A stretch of 28,746 nt of DNA, taken from IMG/VR virus record IMGVR_UViG_2713896907_000002, positions 1 through 28,746 of that record; one strand, given 5' to 3'. Each line of letters opens with the position of its first letter. The stretch's first letter is position 1. The notes below the pieces were generated by a model. That model worked only from the letters and a program-made list of their open reading frames with translations. It was not told where the DNA came from and ran no database searches. The stretch comes from a virus (taxonomy: Duplodnaviria > Heunggongvirae > Uroviricota > Caudoviricetes). Both the position numbers and the translations under genes were made by a program. Shown in pieces: positions 25,423 to 28,746 of the stretch.

Positions 25423-25433
25423 TTTGCTGACCA

Positions 25434-26909
25434 TTATGCATAAGGGTCATAATCCGTTATGGCCCTTCCCTGCTGGCTTTGCTGTCCTGGTATATTTATG
25501 CGTTTCGAGACCGGGAAAGCAAACGTCAGCAGTAGCGCATCGCCTTTACCAGGAGAACGCCCAAGACGCTCTTTGATATCTTCCTTCGGTTCGATAACGA
25601 TTTTACCGTCCACACGAACTTTGTACTCTGCCGCCGACAGGTCGTCTGCAGTTTCCTGGTCATCCAGCATGCCGCCCAGCCTCAGCCATGTCTTACATGA
25701 GTTGAACATCTCCCCACGCTTGTTAAGCATCTGCGGGTCAGTGGACGCACCGCTGAACGGAACAAGTTGCCATGTACGTCCCCAGCCATCACCGATTGAC
25801 TTCAAACCGGTTCCGTAACCGAAGTCGATGAACACCGCGTCAGCCTGGTACTGGTCTTCAAAGTCAGCGATACGCTTCGCCATAATCAGATCGTCGGTGG
25901 TCTTGTTGCCGGTCCACAGCACCTTACTGTGCAGCCCCTGCCGCAGGTATATCACCGCGTCATCAACACCGGAGTATGCAGGGTCAACGCCGATTATCAC
26001 CGGAGCATGTGCCACCTGCGCAGCAGTTACCACCCGTTTCATTGCCTCGTCAGTAAGACCGGTAGGGATAAACTGCAATTCAGATGCATCAGGGAATATA
26101 CCGCGCACACGTATTTTAACGAAGTCGCTGTCTTCCCCGTAGTCATCAACCCATTTCTGCAACTGCTGTTTGTTGGTGCCTTCCACCGTCCGGCTGTCAA
26201 TCTGCGCAGTTTTCCAGCGGTGTTTATATTTGCGGAAACATTCGCGGAAACGTCCGGTATTACGCGTCGGGTTTCCGAACGCCACCCAGATAATCTCAGT
26301 GTCTTCGTCCGTTAGCGCACCCTCGGCAACTTCCCACACCAGATCCGCAATGTTCGACGCTTCATCGAATACCACGATGATGCGTTTGCGCTCGTTGTGT
26401 AGTCCGGCGAATGCCTCAGTGTTGTGCTCAGACCAGGGGATTGCGTCAGCTCGCCACCGCTTGTCGTGCCCAGGATCATTGCTGTACATCGCGGTAGCGG
26501 TACAGGTAAACCAGTCTTTCGTGATAGCAAGGTTCGACCACTTGATAATTTCCGGCCAGGTCTTCGTTCGTAGCTGGTTGTCGGTGTTGGCGGTCACCAC
26601 GACCTTACAATCCTCGCAAGTGGACATGCCCCAGTTGATGAGCATTGAGATGAATGCGGATTTACCAATACCGTGACCAGAAGCACGTGCCAGCATAAGC
26701 GGCTGATAACGCGTCTCTGGATTCTGCAGGTGATCACGTATCTCTCGGAACGCATCGGCCTGCCACTGACGTGGACCGGTAGCATGTGCCAGTTCAGTCC
26801 CCTCTTCCCCCCAAGGGAACGCATAGAGGGCATAGCCAAGCGGATCGTGAGTGAACCCTGCAATATCTTCGATTAACTGCTCTTCAGGAGATAACGCTGC
26901 ATCTGTCAC
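25434..26909 (-). CDS. Terminase large subunit, 491 aa
   Basis: GTG start overlapping the small-subunit stop. Walker A-like ASGHGIGKS, Walker B-like IIVVFDEAS, and a C-terminal nuclease-type acidic segment (VIIGVDPAYSG). Confidence 0.85.
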   Translation of the reverse strand: MTDAALSPEEQLIEDIAGFTHDPLGYALYAFPWGEEGTELAHATGPRQWQADAFREIRDHLQNPETRYQPLMLARASGHGIGKSAFISMLINWGMSTCEDCKVVVTANTDNQLRTKTWPEIIKWSNLAITKDWFTCTATAMYSNDPGHDKRWRADAIPWSEHNTEAFAGLHNERKRIIVVFDEASNIADLVWEVAEGALTDEDTEIIWVAFGNPTRNTGRFRECFRKYKHRWKTAQIDSRTVEGTNKQQLQKWVDDYGEDSDFVKIRVRGIFPDASELQFIPTGLTDEAMKRVVTAAQVAHAPVIIGVDPAYSGVDDAVIYLRQGLHSKVLWTGNKTTDDLIMAKRIADFEDQYQADAVFIDFGYGTGLKSIGDGWGRTWQLVPFSGASTDPQMLNKRGEMFNSCKTWLRLGGMLDDQETADDLSAAEYKVRVDGKIVIEPKEDIKERLGRSPGKGDALLLTFAFPVSKRINIPGQQSQQGRAITDYDPYA

Positions 26910-27502
26910 TGATTACCATCCTGACGTTCTTTGAGTCGCTTCCTGGCTGCCGCTATGCGATCAGCAATTGTCACATTCACATTAACATCCAAGCGTTCTT
27001 TGAATGCGTTGACGTCGACGTGCTTACCAATCAGTTCTAGGTTCTTCACCTTGTCAGGCCATTTAATTTTTTTGAGGATTGTCTCTATCGAGTCCTCGTT
27101 CATGTTCATGATGGTCGATGACAGATCAAAGCCGCTAAGCGTAGTGCGCCATATTTTCGGCCACTCGCGGATTGGCTTAAGGCTCCCATCGTCGTTGAGG
27201 ATATCAATCACGTCCATCTGGTCGATCTCCACCAGGCGCATGAGAACGTAATCAGCACTGACGCGCATTCGTTTGTTGCGCTCCTCCATCAACTCGGCAA
27301 TCCGTTTTTGAATGCGTTCATCGCGCATCATGACACTGGCTTTAACTGCCGCTGTATTTGGGGAGAATCCTGCGTTAATCGCAGCCTGAGTCTGGTTTTC
27401 AGGCGTTTTGATGTATGACTGGCAATAAGCCTCCTGCATTGCTGTGAGCGGCTTAAATTGCGTTGATTTGCGTTTATAGGTTTTAGGTTCAGCAGGCATC
27501 AT
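26906..27502 (-). CDS. Terminase small subunit (about 198 aa from the internal ATG)
   Basis: Track ORF starts at TTG 27580. The first ATG (27502, MMPAEPK...) is preceded by AGGGTGG. The N-terminal extension would translate the palindrome as low-complexity VTITTTVTIT, so the shorter form is preferred. Helix-turn-helix-like region AAINAGFSPNTAAVKASVMM; directly upstream of the large subunit. Confidence 0.65.
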   Translation of the reverse strand: MMPAEPKTYKRKSTQFKPLTAMQEAYCQSYIKTPENQTQAAINAGFSPNTAAVKASVMMRDERIQKRIAELMEERNKRMRVSADYVLMRLVEIDQMDVIDILNDDGSLKPIREWPKIWRTTLSGFDLSSTIMNMNEDSIETILKKIKWPDKVKNLELIGKHVDVNAFKERLDVNVNVTIADRIAAARKRLKERQDGNQ

Positions 27503-27519
27503 AACCACCCTGGTAATTG

Positions 27520-27534
27520 TTACCGTTGTGGTAA
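27520..27534. promoter_or_regulatory. TTACC-N5-GGTAA palindrome (perfect) immediately upstream of the terminase small-subunit start
   Basis: TTACC GTTGT GGTAA, with an extra GGTAA half-site at 27512-27516. Centre is about 25 nt upstream of the ATG at 27502. Confidence 0.45.
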
Positions 27535-27612
27535 TAGTAACATGCAAAATAAAGCCGCCATAGTTGGCGACAGTATTCAAAACCCATCAAATTCATCATG
27601 CATAATCTACTC

Positions 27613-27624
27613 GTGACATGTCAC
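27613..27624. promoter_or_regulatory. 12-bp perfect palindrome GTGACATGTCAC (copy 2 of 2)
   Basis: Identical to the 12-mer at 8215-8226. Overlaps the stop codon of the 112-aa gene, about 110 nt upstream of the terminase small-subunit ATG. Confidence 0.35.
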
Positions 27625-27959
27625 ACTATTAATTTCGTTTCATGCCAGCCTTTAGTCACCCAGCATTGCGAGTCACCATTACACGGGCATGAATTAACTG
27701 GAACTCTCTCGCCGCACTTACCGCAACATTTTCTGCTGATCGATTTTATACGCCCGCGCACGCGTGCATCATCCTGGCGAATCAGTAAAGCTATATACTC
27801 ACCAAATTCGTAAGGCGCACGCCCGGGGCGACGCGTGGCACAGTTACGCTCCAGCATTTCAATTTCCTGAGCATCAAGCACAATTTCCAGCTTACGCACA
27901 CCAGATGCAGCTTGTCTGGCTCTCTGAGCGGCTTTGCGCTCTGCTGCTGATTTAGCCAT
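27621..27959 (-). CDS. Hypothetical protein with C-terminal Cys-rich (putative zinc-binding) region, about 112 aa
   Basis: ATG at 27959 preceded by AGGTGA. Basic N-terminus and a C-terminal CCGKCG...CPCNGDSQC cluster. Confidence 0.5.
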   Translation of the reverse strand: MAKSAAERKAAQRARQAASGVRKLEIVLDAQEIEMLERNCATRRPGRAPYEFGEYIALLIRQDDARVRGRIKSISRKCCGKCGERVPVNSCPCNGDSQCWVTKGWHETKLIV

Positions 27960-28233
27960 CAATATTCACCTTTATCGCGTACACCTTTACCGGTTTATCG
28001 CCGAAGTGCGGATGTGTGATTGTCTTGATTTCATATCCGTCATACGGGACGTCAATTCTGCGGCTGGAATCGTCGCGCTTCGGATATCCCTTTGTGATAA
28101 TCAGGCGGTCATGCTTACGGTTAACGAGGCGCTTTTTCCAGTAGTCATTACACAGGCGATACTCTTCCGTTTTCTCTCCGCGAATCATGGCATCGAAGTA
28201 TTCACCTTTAACGGCAAGTTGCAGGTTAGCCAT
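27952..28233 (-). CDS. ASCH-domain-like protein (about 93 aa from the ATG at 28233)
   Basis: Contains GEKTEEYR, which fits the ASCH GxKxxExR signature. The ATG at 28233 has a strong GGAGGTGA Shine-Dalgarno and TAATG coupling with the upstream gene; the track's longer form starts at 28254. Confidence 0.5.
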   Translation of the reverse strand: MANLQLAVKGEYFDAMIRGEKTEEYRLCNDYWKKRLVNRKHDRLIITKGYPKRDDSSRRIDVPYDGYEIKTITHPHFGDKPVKVYAIKVNIDG

Positions 28234-28493
28234 TACCTCACCTCCAGTCTCCATATCGCCTGACCAATCCGGCTGGCATGGTTATCTTTAGATACTGTTC
28301 CGTCTTTAGCCATCTCCATAAGAATTTTGCGCAAATCTGCCGAACGCCATTCTTCATCAGGAAATTCCTTCTCCATTGCCAACCGCAGATTCCAGGTTGC
28401 TATCGTGAATGGATATTCCCCGCCGAGAGCTTTATCTTGCAGGGCAGCCCGAGAACGCATCACCTGCAAAACCTTCTCTTTTACATCCATCAT
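28233..28493 (-). CDS. Hypothetical protein, 86 aa
   Basis: ATG start preceded by AGGAGG with a 5-nt spacer. Charged helical protein. Confidence 0.5.
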   Translation of the reverse strand: MMDVKEKVLQVMRSRAALQDKALGGEYPFTIATWNLRLAMEKEFPDEEWRSADLRKILMEMAKDGTVSKDNHASRIGQAIWRLEVR

Positions 28494-28746
28494 TTCGCCT
28501 CCTGCGGCGGTTCCGGTAGCGGCATCCAGTGGGTTACTTTCGATGCCGGTTCTTCCCCATTGTCAGTAACTGCCCACCATTTGTTTCTCGAACAATCGTA
28601 ATACCCTTCGAAGGTATCGCACTCAGTCCAGCCGTAAGACTTACCCCAACACCAAACATATTGTTTATCGTTCGGCATTCGCTCACTACAGCTTATCCAA
28701 CTATCCGGAGTTACCGGAGAGTTGCCAGCCACTCTACGCAAAACAG
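28490..28746 (-). CDS. DUF551-like phage protein, C-terminal part (5' end runs off the window)
   Basis: C-terminal ...WISCSERMP...W...VTHWMPLPEPP matches the DUF551 pattern common in enterobacterial prophages. No credible start inside the window. Confidence 0.5.
   Translation of the reverse strand, partial: VLRRVAGNSPVTPDSWISCSERMPNDKQYVWCWGKSYGWTECDTFEGYYDCSRNKWWAVTDNGEEPASKVTHWMPLPEPPQEAK

Noticed and set aside
26906-27580. N-terminal extension of the terminase small subunit from the TTG at 27580
   Set aside because: The extension would translate the TTACC-N5-GGTAA palindrome as VTITTTVTIT low complexity; the ATG at 27502 with AGGGTGG upstream is more plausible.
1-28746. CRISPR array, insertion sequence / transposase, or integrase
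   Set aside because: No regularly spaced direct repeats, no terminal inverted repeats around a transposase-like ORF, and no tyrosine or serine recombinase-like protein were seen. The attachment site and integrase presumably lie outside the window.

Overview
The whole window reads as one contiguous segment of a temperate podovirus-like prophage, with nearly all structural genes on the minus strand. From the high-coordinate end the order is: small early/late-junction genes (DUF551-like, ASCH-like, Cys-rich protein), terminase small and large subunits, a plus-strand island carrying a phage tRNA-Arg(UCU) and a 99-aa ORF, portal, scaffold, major capsid, T7 gp11/gp12-like tail tubular proteins A and B, a run of large internal virion (ejection) proteins, a plus-strand accessory block (a Bro-N antirepressor, a short paralog of its C-terminal domain, and an orphan 211-aa gene), a tailspike, an AT-rich O-antigen acyltransferase moron, and a lysis cassette (two holin-like proteins, GH19 endolysin, Rz with embedded Rz1). 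No integrase, CRISPR array or IS element is visible. The most interesting signal is cis-regulatory: a 15-bp palindrome TTACC-N5-GGTAA recurs at five perfect and two near-perfect intergenic sites, ahead of the terminase, portal, tailspike, lysis/acyltransferase, antirepressor and orphan-gene units. A second 12-bp palindrome GTGACATGTCAC occurs twice. All calls rest on reading the sequence and the supplied ORF track; no database search or folding program was run, and coordinates of hand-indexed small elements may be off by a nucleotide or two.
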